This document shows, piece by piece, positions 47,618 to 56,735 of a stretch of 64,000 nucleotides of DNA. Where the stretch lies: IMG/VR virus record IMGVR_UViG_3300007722_002942; one strand, given 5' to 3'. Position 1 is the first letter of the stretch; every line of letters starts with the position of its first letter. Below the pieces are notes generated by a model that was not told where the DNA came from, made no database searches, and saw only the letters and a program-made list of their open reading frames with translations. Origin of the DNA: an uncultured virus (IMG/VR IMGVR_UViG_3300007722_002942) (Duplodnaviria; Heunggongvirae; Uroviricota; Caudoviricetes). The position numbers were made by a program, and so were the translations under genes.

Positions 47618-49237
47618 ATGCTAAAAGCAATAGGGATATTAGATAAAGTAGCTGGTAAAATGGAGTCTAGTGGCTTGCAAAAGATTTCTAGCAATATAAC
47701 TATCGCTATGTCCGATATCTTGAAAATCAAAAAGGCTCAGTATCTTGGCGTACAAGGATACTGGATAAGAAATAAAAGATGTTGGGAGAATTGCTACAGA
47801 CACAAGAGGGCTGATAAAAAATCAGGACATGATGCATGGTTCGATTGTCATAAGGAATATTTAGAATCAATTAATAACGATGACGCATCTTGGAATAAGT
47901 ACGCTGATGATAATTTGAAGAGTATAAAAATTTCTAAAAATATACTTGATAGAGAACAAGACTTTTTCTTAAAAAGTGTAGCTTCCAGAATGAAAGAGGG
48001 AGAAGGCTACGGGGAATCTGTAATAAATACTATAAAGGCAGGATCTAGTAGATTAGATAATAGTGTTATAGATGTAACGAAAAAATTAATGTCTATTATA
48101 TCAGACTTAAAATCTGCTGGATTTGATGACAATGCTAGTGATATAGTTGCAGCTAATGAGGAAGTTATAAAGGATGCCTTGTTTGGAAATCCAAAAGTTG
48201 CAGGATTATGGGATAAATTTAAGGGAATGTTCGGAAAAAACAAAGTAGACACTCTTAATCCTGCTAATAATAAGGGTAATCAGCCGTTGCAAAATCAAAA
48301 TGATTTAGAATGGGGAGAACCTGGAAACAGAACAGGAATAATGGGTGATAAGTATGTTGGTGATAAAAATTCTATAAATAAAGTTGTTGATCACGATCTT
48401 CAAAGAGAAAACAGAACATGGGGATTTAATGCTATTAAGATATATCTTTCAGAGCCTTGGCTTGCAGATATATTAGTAAAAGCTTTAAATGGTAGTGGAA
48501 AATACTTTATAGAAAAAGGAAGATCTAACCAGTATAAGCCTGTAACAGCAGATTCTAAAAAATTTGGATTAGAAGATGTATATGATGTCGTAGTTCAGAA
48601 TCCTACAGGTATTATTAATGATCTTATAAGTAAAAATAAAATTAATATAATAGAAAGCCCAGAGCTTTTAAGAGATTTTACAAATTTTGGATACTCTGTT
48701 TCCAAGATCGATTCAGATGGAAGTAAGGTTCTTTTAAATCGTGAAATAGGATATGATGCTAATAAGCAATTAGGACAGCAGGGATATAATGCTGCAATTT
48801 CTGAAATAATTGTAAAACTTGTTAATGACATTTCTAATAAATCAGGAATTACTATTGACGATATGATTGGTGTTTTGGGGAAAGTAAATTTTAGTAATAA
48901 AGAGCAATTGGTATCTTTCTTGCAAAAATGTAAAAATACTAATAAGGCTGCACAAACATCTCAGCAATGGACATCATCATCTCCATCAGCGGTAGATCAG
49001 AAAAATTTACAAAAGGCAATTTCTTTCTTAAATTTATTAATTAAATATGGTCCATCTAGAGGTCTTAGTAATTATTATACAGGATTGGCAAATGGAGCAT
49101 TGAGTATGTTAAATAGTCCTCAATCTCAGCATAATCCAGATAATACAACAGTACAAACACCGAAGGCTGCATCTAGTATATATGATATTAAGAAAGTAAA
49201 TTCTTATTTAAATACGATCAAAAAAAAGGGTTTTTGA
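47618..49237 (+). CDS. probable internal head protein
   Basis: 539 aa; several K-x-A motifs. Confidence 0.6.
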   Translation: MLKAIGILDKVAGKMESSGLQKISSNITIAMSDILKIKKAQYLGVQGYWIRNKRCWENCYRHKRADKKSGHDAWFDCHKEYLESINNDDASWNKYADDNLKSIKISKNILDREQDFFLKSVASRMKEGEGYGESVINTIKAGSSRLDNSVIDVTKKLMSIISDLKSAGFDDNASDIVAANEEVIKDALFGNPKVAGLWDKFKGMFGKNKVDTLNPANNKGNQPLQNQNDLEWGEPGNRTGIMGDKYVGDKNSINKVVDHDLQRENRTWGFNAIKIYLSEPWLADILVKALNGSGKYFIEKGRSNQYKPVTADSKKFGLEDVYDVVVQNPTGIINDLISKNKINIIESPELLRDFTNFGYSVSKIDSDGSKVLLNREIGYDANKQLGQQGYNAAISEIIVKLVNDISNKSGITIDDMIGVLGKVNFSNKEQLVSFLQKCKNTNKAAQTSQQWTSSSPSAVDQKNLQKAISFLNLLIKYGPSRGLSNYYTGLANGALSMLNSPQSQHNPDNTTVQTPKAASSIYDIKKVNSYLNTIKKKGF

Positions 49238-49302
49238 TAAAACCTTTACAATAATAGTATACAACAGATAATGTCCTATCTGCACTTTATGGAGAAATAA
49301 TT

Positions 49303-50055
49303 ATGAAGTTTGTTACCGACAGAATTAACACAGGTAAGGGTAAATCGTTTGATGACCTTATCAGAGACTTTGTTTCCAAGAAAGAAACAAAATTAGCTTC
49401 TGCATCTAAACAAGTCAAGACAGCAAATCTTGGTAATTTTGGCGATAAAAAAGCTAAGCCTTTTGGATCCAAGGAAGAAGACAAGGAAGAAGACAAGAAA
49501 GAAGATAAGAAAGAAGATAAGAAAGAAGACAAGAAAGAAGATAAGAAAGAAGATAAGAAAGAAGATAAGAAAGAAGTAGAGGCATCTGGTAAGGGTAATG
49601 CTGTTAAGGATGAAGAAGGTGTTTCATCTGGACAATTGGATGTTGAGCCTTTGCATCAAGAAGGCGAATCCACTCCTAAGCCTCACAAGGGTGGCGATAA
49701 AAAGAAAGCATCAGCAGACAAGGGTGATAAATGCAAGGATGAATGTCCTTCAACTGGGCAACCAGAATGGGAAGGCAAGAATACTAATGATCCAGATGCT
49801 GGTAAGCACAGAGAGGGCGATGGCGATCAAAAGAAAGCTAATGCTAAGGCTTCTACAAAGAAGGCAGAAGCAGAATGCGATTGTGACAAAGATAATTGCG
49901 AGAAGTGCAATGAAAAGAAAGATTGCTCAGCAAGTTCTGAAGGCAAATTCATTCGTATTGCTAACTTAAATAATAAGAGCAAAAAATGGCTTGCTGAATA
50001 CTGGAAAAATCTTTATCCAGCAGAGTATGTTGACGCTATGCTTTCAGATAAATAA
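49303..50055 (+). CDS. highly charged probable head/scaffold-associated protein
   Basis: GGAG RBS; KKED repeats. Confidence 0.65.
   Translation: MKFVTDRINTGKGKSFDDLIRDFVSKKETKLASASKQVKTANLGNFGDKKAKPFGSKEEDKEEDKKEDKKEDKKEDKKEDKKEDKKEDKKEVEASGKGNAVKDEEGVSSGQLDVEPLHQEGESTPKPHKGGDKKKASADKGDKCKDECPSTGQPEWEGKNTNDPDAGKHREGDGDQKKANAKASTKKAEAECDCDKDNCEKCNEKKDCSASSEGKFIRIANLNNKSKKWLAEYWKNLYPAEYVDAMLSDK
49471..49575 (+). repeat. 12-bp tandem repeat encoding (KKED)n
   Basis: AAGAAAGAAGAY units, about 8-9 copies. Confidence 0.9.
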
Positions 50056-50094
50056 TTCAGATAAGTAATTTAGTAATCTAATTGGAGATCTTAA

Positions 50095-50868
50095 ATGAGC
50101 CTTGTTCCTGTTGGTAAAAGGCGCATGATGGTTGCTCAGATGCAGAATCCTGACCCTGCGGCTCAGGCAAATCTAGGCATAGAAGCTGATCCTGCGTCAC
50201 AAAATCCTGAAGTAGAAATAGATCCATCTCAGATAGGACAAGAGGAGGGCGATGTCGGTCAGTCGGTGGCCGACGAAGACCCTTCTGTGGATCCAAATGC
50301 CATAAATGATATCGAGAGCGAGGGAAGGTTAAACTCTGGCTCAGGATCAGAACCAAGTCTTACCAAAGATATAATTGAGTTTCTTGTATCCATAGGATAT
50401 CCATTTAGAAAATTACGAGACTATAAAGACAAGCTATATTCTGAAAAGGGCGGAAATGATGGAGGGGCACAAGTTACCATAACTTTGCCAAATCAGGTTT
50501 ATAATAGTCCTGATGCATCATTACCATCTGCTAAGGTTATAGAATTTGTTAGAGGTATAGAAAAATCGCATGGACTTCATTATGAAGGTTATAGCAAGAG
50601 CGATCTAAAACTGGTTTTGAATCTATCCAGAATGGGCGCTAATGATAAAATGCAGCAAATGCAAGATGGAACAGACGGAGGCGTTCTTGATAAGGTTTAC
50701 GGAAAACCATCCTCATCAAGTACCGGAGGCAAAGAAGCTTCTCCGTCTTTGAAATCTTCTGCATTATCAATGAGAGAATTAATCAAAACAGGAAAGATAG
50801 ACTTTTTCGCGGAAATGGAAAAGAATAGCGGTAAGAAAGATATACTAGACCTAGCATACGGAAACTAA
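50095..50868 (+). CDS. hypothetical protein (head module)
   Basis: GGAG RBS; acidic N-terminus. Confidence 0.65.
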   Translation: MSLVPVGKRRMMVAQMQNPDPAAQANLGIEADPASQNPEVEIDPSQIGQEEGDVGQSVADEDPSVDPNAINDIESEGRLNSGSGSEPSLTKDIIEFLVSIGYPFRKLRDYKDKLYSEKGGNDGGAQVTITLPNQVYNSPDASLPSAKVIEFVRGIEKSHGLHYEGYSKSDLKLVLNLSRMGANDKMQQMQDGTDGGVLDKVYGKPSSSSTGGKEASPSLKSSALSMRELIKTGKIDFFAEMEKNSGKKDILDLAYGN

Positions 50869-50871
50869 AAA

Positions 50872-51699
50872 ATGCTTCAACCAATCGGAAAATCAAAATC
50901 AATTCCATCCTTAGAAGTTGACTATAAAGCTCTAGGTATGGAAATTAAGGCTGCTGAGGATAAGAGACAAACTCGCCCAGTAGAACCTACGAGAATAGCT
51001 AAGCAAACATCTGGAACACTATATGCCAATGGACACAATCCTTATGGTATGGATAAGCAGAATGTTATTAACTTTCTTAATAAGACAGAAGTAAAAGCAG
51101 AAGTAAAGAAGTCTGAACCGATTAATGAGGCTATGGCATCCAAGCCAGTAACTCATGCAAGTAGAAAGCTAGAAAGCAATCCTTTGTTAACTGGAAAATC
51201 TATCATGAGAGCAGGTTCTGGAACAGACATGGATTCTGCTACACCTACTCATAGGGAAGAAACATCCAAGAATAGTATTTGGGATTCAGGAAAGGTTGAG
51301 AGATTATCTAATTCGTTTGCTGATACAACTGGAGAGAAGATTGCAGAAAATAAAGAGAGTAGACAGAGTGTATTGAAAGACTTAGAAAATGATAGAAGAA
51401 ATCATGTCTACAAGGGACTGGAAGATGTAGATACTAGAAAAGCATCAACTGTAACTCATACAGGAGGCGGAGAAACGGAAGTACAAGGTTCCTATCATGC
51501 ACCTAAAAGAAATATGAGTATATTTGATACTAAGTCATTTGAAACTTTTGCAAATGAACATAAGACAGATGGTGAAAAATCTTCAGAAAATAAAAGAAAT
51601 AACATGAAGGTTAATGAGAGCGTATATAAAGGTAGAGTTACAAGCACTAAGGGAATTATGAATAATTTATTCGATTCTCTTATTAAAAAGGAAGAGTAA
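50872..51699 (+). CDS. hypothetical protein (head module)
   Basis: Repeated NSIWD/MSIFD motifs. Confidence 0.65.
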   Translation: MLQPIGKSKSIPSLEVDYKALGMEIKAAEDKRQTRPVEPTRIAKQTSGTLYANGHNPYGMDKQNVINFLNKTEVKAEVKKSEPINEAMASKPVTHASRKLESNPLLTGKSIMRAGSGTDMDSATPTHREETSKNSIWDSGKVERLSNSFADTTGEKIAENKESRQSVLKDLENDRRNHVYKGLEDVDTRKASTVTHTGGGETEVQGSYHAPKRNMSIFDTKSFETFANEHKTDGEKSSENKRNNMKVNESVYKGRVTSTKGIMNNLFDSLIKKEE

Positions 51700-53879
51700 T
51701 GCCAAGTAAGTCAGCACAACAATATAATTTACCTACAAAGCTTAGGCAACCAATGACCGATCTAGGTCAGGCTGTTAAGACCAATCCTATGTCTCCAAAA
51801 GATTTGGCAGATGCCGCTGGAATAGAATTTGATCCTAACGATCCAAATAGTCAATCTCAATTCGCTACGGCTTTACCGGCATTAACTGAACAACATAATC
51901 AGGGTATTAAATCAAATGAGCAGATTTTAGAAGATCAAAAGAAGGTCGAACAAGGATTAATTAACATGCAAAATGTTCAAAAAGATTTAAGTACGGTTTC
52001 TTCAAGAAAGTCTTTTAATTTTAAAAAGGCTCAATTTAGCCCTGTTAGTCCTATGGACCAGAATATGGGAGACTTTCATGAGGTTGGACAAATGCAAGAA
52101 CCAGAAATGCCACATGAAAATAATCCTAAATTTAAAAGTCATGTAGAATTAAAAGAGTTCTTGGTTAGCAATATGGGAGATCAGGAAGAAATAAGACATA
52201 TGTTTTTTAATGATGCAGGAGATGATAATTTAGATAACATTAAAATGGCTCTTGAAAATTTCTTTTCTAAAGCAGCTATTAAGGAAGTCGGAGAGGAAGT
52301 ATTACTAGATGCAGCAAATATAGTTTATGATTTTATTCCTGAAAGTATGAAAGCTGCTAATCCTGATGGACAGCAAACTATAGTTACAGAAAAAACATCT
52401 CCAGATAGATTTTCTAATATTATGTCATGTTTAGAAAAAACAGCTAATCATATTAAGAAGCTTGCGGAAGAATATGTATCTAAAAAAATCAATCAAAAAA
52501 AGGCTTCCTATAATCAAAAGAAGATAGCACAGCACAAGACAGTTGATAATATGCTCCTATGGGGACCAGGCAACCCTAGACCTGATCCTTTTTTAAGAGG
52601 ACAACCTGTTTCTGATTGGCATATCGTTGAGAGAAATAAGGGATTTGGTCAAGATATTGATGGTGTTTGGAATATAGATTGGGAAGCAATGTGGAGAGGA
52701 AATGTTATGGACAAATATAGTCGTCCATACAGAGATAAAGAGGGCAACTGGGTTGGTGGGTATTTAGAAAAAAGATTTGAAGTTGATAAAAATATTCCAG
52801 AAGCTAATAATTATCAATTAAAGCCAGGTCAACGTCGTCGCCCATATCTTCCAGAATTTGGGTCTACAGAAGCTAGACTGGAAGATGCTAGAAAAAAGAA
52901 TAAAGAAGGCGGAAAGACAGAAGATTGGAGTAAGTCGGAATTTTCAGAAATGAAAGTTGCTTCACTTCGCTCATCTTCTGCTAAATGGCAGGGAATAAAA
53001 AAATTAGCCAATAGTAGTAGCAAGGGGCAAAGTAGCAAGGGGCAATTACTGTGGGATGCCCTAGGTGATCATCCAAATACTCAATCTTTAAGCCTTGCCG
53101 AATTTGGTAAGTTGTATAATTATCTTTTGAAACATATAGATAGTATTGTAAAATTTGATATGGAAACTCTAAGTATGGAAATAAGATCTTATTTAGGAGA
53201 CGAAAATTCTAATACTGTATCAACAAGTCCAATGGTTGCATCTTCTGGTTTTAATTTAAAGAAGATAGCATCTTTGGATAAAAAAAAAAGTGAACTAAAA
53301 GAATCTCAAATAGGATCTGGAATAGGCGGCGGGAGGCCTCCTAAAGATCCTTTCTCTATGACTTTACCTGGAGAAGAAGTAAAAGATACATCTCCTCAAA
53401 AAGCATGTGCAGTATGCGGCAGACATTGTAGTAAAAATGACGCTAAATGCCCATATTGTAATGGTCAAGTTGTTGATATTGGGCAAAAGGCAACACAACC
53501 TGCTGCTACAGGTGTACAAAAGCCACATAACGAATATCTAAACCAGAATATGCCTATAACTGCAAGTGAAGTTGTCTATGACAGCAGATCTGGTAAGTTT
53601 ACTATAGCACAGGTCGGTGTTATAAATCCTGGTGATGCTCAGTTAAGAAGATTTAGAGGCAGAAAAAAAGGCTATCCATTAACAGACAAGGACGGAAAGC
53701 CAGTAAAACCACTACCTCAGCTTAATGATTTTGTTGGTAAAGAATTTCAAACAAGTAAGGATATGGCCGATCCTAACGATCCGGATTATTGGAAAATAAA
53801 ATCTAATGACGATAGTAAGTGTAGGCCAAATCAGGATGAAATTAGTCATTCCTGTACATCTTTGGCTATAGACGGATAA
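51699..53879 (+). CDS. large head-module protein with Zn ribbon
   Basis: 726 aa; CAVC..CPYC; repeated FN.KK.A motifs. Confidence 0.65.
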   Translation: MPSKSAQQYNLPTKLRQPMTDLGQAVKTNPMSPKDLADAAGIEFDPNDPNSQSQFATALPALTEQHNQGIKSNEQILEDQKKVEQGLINMQNVQKDLSTVSSRKSFNFKKAQFSPVSPMDQNMGDFHEVGQMQEPEMPHENNPKFKSHVELKEFLVSNMGDQEEIRHMFFNDAGDDNLDNIKMALENFFSKAAIKEVGEEVLLDAANIVYDFIPESMKAANPDGQQTIVTEKTSPDRFSNIMSCLEKTANHIKKLAEEYVSKKINQKKASYNQKKIAQHKTVDNMLLWGPGNPRPDPFLRGQPVSDWHIVERNKGFGQDIDGVWNIDWEAMWRGNVMDKYSRPYRDKEGNWVGGYLEKRFEVDKNIPEANNYQLKPGQRRRPYLPEFGSTEARLEDARKKNKEGGKTEDWSKSEFSEMKVASLRSSSAKWQGIKKLANSSSKGQSSKGQLLWDALGDHPNTQSLSLAEFGKLYNYLLKHIDSIVKFDMETLSMEIRSYLGDENSNTVSTSPMVASSGFNLKKIASLDKKKSELKESQIGSGIGGGRPPKDPFSMTLPGEEVKDTSPQKACAVCGRHCSKNDAKCPYCNGQVVDIGQKATQPAATGVQKPHNEYLNQNMPITASEVVYDSRSGKFTIAQVGVINPGDAQLRRFRGRKKGYPLTDKDGKPVKPLPQLNDFVGKEFQTSKDMADPNDPDYWKIKSNDDSKCRPNQDEISHSCTSLAIDG

Positions 53880-53889
53880 GGAATAAATT

Positions 53890-56157
53890 ATGCCCATAAG
53901 AATGATAGTAGGAGATAGTTCTGAAAAGGGAAAAAAAAGATTAACAGCCTCTTCTGGAGCTTTTAATAAAGATGCAGTTAAGCCAATATCTGGTAAAAAT
54001 ATACCTTACGCAAAGACATCTGTATCTTTTACTCCTATAACTAAAAATTCTCAGTTTGCAGGTTCGGCTGCAAATAGTATTTTTACACAGCCCATGTTCT
54101 TTTCTCCAATGCATACGCCACAAAACTGGCAGATTGCATCTAAGAGGAGAGAGATCTATCAGTGGTCGAGATTCTATTACGAAAATGAACCAAAAGTTGC
54201 CGCCGGTGTAGATTTTTACGCTGGTTTTCCGATGAATGGTTTCAAATTAGAATGTAAATCTAAACAAATATTAGAGTATTATGAGCAGGCTGTAGAAGAT
54301 CTAGATTTGGCAGACTGGGTTGGTCATATAAGTCATGAGTATTTTCTTATTGGAGATGTATTTCCATTTTTAGAAATAGGATGTCCTGAATGTGAAGGCA
54401 AAAATCCAAAATGTAATCATCCTGGAGGATATTTTAAATCTATTAGACTTATGAATCCTGATTACATAGAAGTTCAAGATAGTGTTTTGGCTGACCAGCC
54501 ATCTATAGCTATGGTTCCTGATGAAGAACTTAGAATGCTAGTTCAAAGAAGAGAGCCTAAGAAGATTTATGACAAACTTCCTAGAGAATTGATAGAGATG
54601 GTTTCAACTGGAAAGCCAGTTCCATTATCTAATAGAAGTATAAGCCATCTGAAATATAACGGTAGTGCCTACGGTGTATACGGGACATCCATGTTACGTA
54701 GGTTATTTACTATACTTGCATATAAAACAAAGTTAATGACAGCTAACTGGATTGTTGCAGAAAGACTTATTCTTCCTGTAAGAGTTGTTAAGGTTGGAGA
54801 TAAGGATCGTCCTGCGAGTGAGGAAGATTTGGCTGATGTTGCAAACCAGCTAGCAGCGGTTGTTAATGATCCTAACTTATCTATTATTACCCATCATGCT
54901 TTTGAGTACGAGTGGTTCGGAGCTAGTGGCAAGATACATAATCTTACAAATGAGATGGAAGAAATAGGAAAAGAAATTCTAGATGGGTTGATGTTAAACC
55001 AGTCTCTTTTAAACGGAGAAATGCCTGGCTATAATTCGGCACAGGTTGGTGTTGAGATTATGATTCGCAGAGTTGAGAATTGGAGAAATAAGCTTTCTAA
55101 ATGGGTAGAAAATAAGATATTTAAACCTATTGCTATGATGCAGGGATTTGTTGACGAGGAAAGATCGGCAAATCTTGGAAAAACTGTTTATATGTATCCA
55201 ACCGTCAAGTGGAATGATTTGCGACTCAGAGATAAAACAAATTGGGTACAGCTTCTTATGCAGGGTTACGATAAGGGTATGGTATCTCTACAGACGGTAC
55301 TTGAAGAAATGAATCTTGATTACGATGTTGAAATTGAAAGACGTAGAGAGGAAACAATGGTTACTTCTGCTACTGGACAAGCTATGCCAGGAGGTCCAGG
55401 AGGCGGAGCAGGAGCTCCTATGGGTGGCGGACCAGGTGGTGGACCACCTCCGGGAGGCCCTATGGGTGGAGATCCAGGAATGCCTCCCCCACCAGGTCCA
55501 GAAGCAGGCGGCGCTCCTCCAGGAGGAGATATGGGAGCAGGCGGAGCACCAGGTGGAGCTCCAGGAATGGGAGCTGCTGCTGGAATTGGTATGAATCCAG
55601 GAGAGTCCGGACCTCCTCCAAAGGTTATGAAAAAAGGTAAATCATCCAAGGATGAAGTTGAAGCACCTGCTCCTAGGATATTCAAGCTTACAAAGCTAGA
55701 ACAAAAGATGAAGAAAATGCTTGAGACTATGGATATTCCATATACTATGTTTGGTCAATACGAAATTAAGATGCCTGGACATCCTCAGCCATTTCTTTTA
55801 GATTTTGCATATCCAAAAATAGGAGTTGGAATAGAAACAGATGGTGCTATATGGCATGAGAGAGCAGATTTAAAAGCAAGAGATAAGCAAAGAGATCAGA
55901 TATTGGCAAATGTAGGATGGAGAGTTTTAAGATTTAGTGAGCAAGCTATAAATGAGCATATGGATGTTATTAGAGATATAGTTTCTAAAAATATAGCAGA
56001 AGCTGCTAGAACTAGAAAAAAGGCTGAATCTGAGAATATTATTACAAAAAATGCATCTGTTTCTTCATTTGTTGAAGATAATTTAGAGGAATTTCATGTT
56101 ACCAGAGATGAATTAGATAATGGTATGGGGTATCGTCTTATTATAAGTCATAAATAA
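53890..56157 (+). CDS. portal protein with Gly/Pro linker and C-terminal DUF559/Vsr-like domain
   Basis: Position in head module; W.RFYYENEP.V, YGTSML motifs; tail LDFAYPKIGVGIETDG..WH...DKQRD..L...GWRVLRF. Confidence 0.8.
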   Translation: MPIRMIVGDSSEKGKKRLTASSGAFNKDAVKPISGKNIPYAKTSVSFTPITKNSQFAGSAANSIFTQPMFFSPMHTPQNWQIASKRREIYQWSRFYYENEPKVAAGVDFYAGFPMNGFKLECKSKQILEYYEQAVEDLDLADWVGHISHEYFLIGDVFPFLEIGCPECEGKNPKCNHPGGYFKSIRLMNPDYIEVQDSVLADQPSIAMVPDEELRMLVQRREPKKIYDKLPRELIEMVSTGKPVPLSNRSISHLKYNGSAYGVYGTSMLRRLFTILAYKTKLMTANWIVAERLILPVRVVKVGDKDRPASEEDLADVANQLAAVVNDPNLSIITHHAFEYEWFGASGKIHNLTNEMEEIGKEILDGLMLNQSLLNGEMPGYNSAQVGVEIMIRRVENWRNKLSKWVENKIFKPIAMMQGFVDEERSANLGKTVYMYPTVKWNDLRLRDKTNWVQLLMQGYDKGMVSLQTVLEEMNLDYDVEIERRREETMVTSATGQAMPGGPGGGAGAPMGGGPGGGPPPGGPMGGDPGMPPPPGPEAGGAPPGGDMGAGGAPGGAPGMGAAAGIGMNPGESGPPPKVMKKGKSSKDEVEAPAPRIFKLTKLEQKMKKMLETMDIPYTMFGQYEIKMPGHPQPFLLDFAYPKIGVGIETDGAIWHERADLKARDKQRDQILANVGWRVLRFSEQAINEHMDVIRDIVSKNIAEAARTRKKAESENIITKNASVSSFVEDNLEEFHVTRDELDNGMGYRLIISHK

Positions 56158-56158
56158 T

Positions 56159-56629
56159 ATGAAATTTAATTTAAAAAAATACGCTGGTCCTCATCGAATT
56201 AAAGATAGAGGTATCAATTGGAAAGAAGCTTATCAGGAAAAATCTGATGACTTAAAGATACGTTTCGACTCGATGCTTGGACCTGGTGGATATTTTAGAT
56301 GGGAAGGACATGACTATACAACAAATAGTAATTACTTTGTTGTTGTTGGCCCAGCTATTACGAAAAACGGTAAGAAAATGTTTTTTGCCGGAATTAAAAA
56401 ACTTCCCAAAAATAAAGATCAAAAACATCACTATGCGCCATATGGAGAATACTTTGGATCAATGCATAGTGCATTAAGTCATTGCGGTGAAAAGTGGGGT
56501 GTTCCTTTTCCAAAGGGAAGTCCTAACTATATAATGGCACAACTTGAACCATTAGATATTCCAAGACACGTAAAAGGATCTAGCTATAATTTTATAAAAA
56601 CATCACGAATTGATGCAGAATTATTATAA
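56159..56629 (+). CDS. hypothetical protein (head module)
   Basis: MKFNLKKYAG start. Confidence 0.65.
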   Translation: MKFNLKKYAGPHRIKDRGINWKEAYQEKSDDLKIRFDSMLGPGGYFRWEGHDYTTNSNYFVVVGPAITKNGKKMFFAGIKKLPKNKDQKHHYAPYGEYFGSMHSALSHCGEKWGVPFPKGSPNYIMAQLEPLDIPRHVKGSSYNFIKTSRIDAELL

Positions 56630-56735
56630 CAAATTAATAAATATGCGTCTTAAAGATAAAGGTTAATTACTACAATATATATAATGTAGTATATTAACGT
56701 TGTATAAAATTTTTTACTAATATACGAGGATTTTA

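Noticed and set aside
55316..55685. Overlapping ORFs in the portal Gly/Pro region and antisense ORFs within the 2053-aa gene
   Set aside because: Expected by-products of low-complexity, stop-poor coding sequence.
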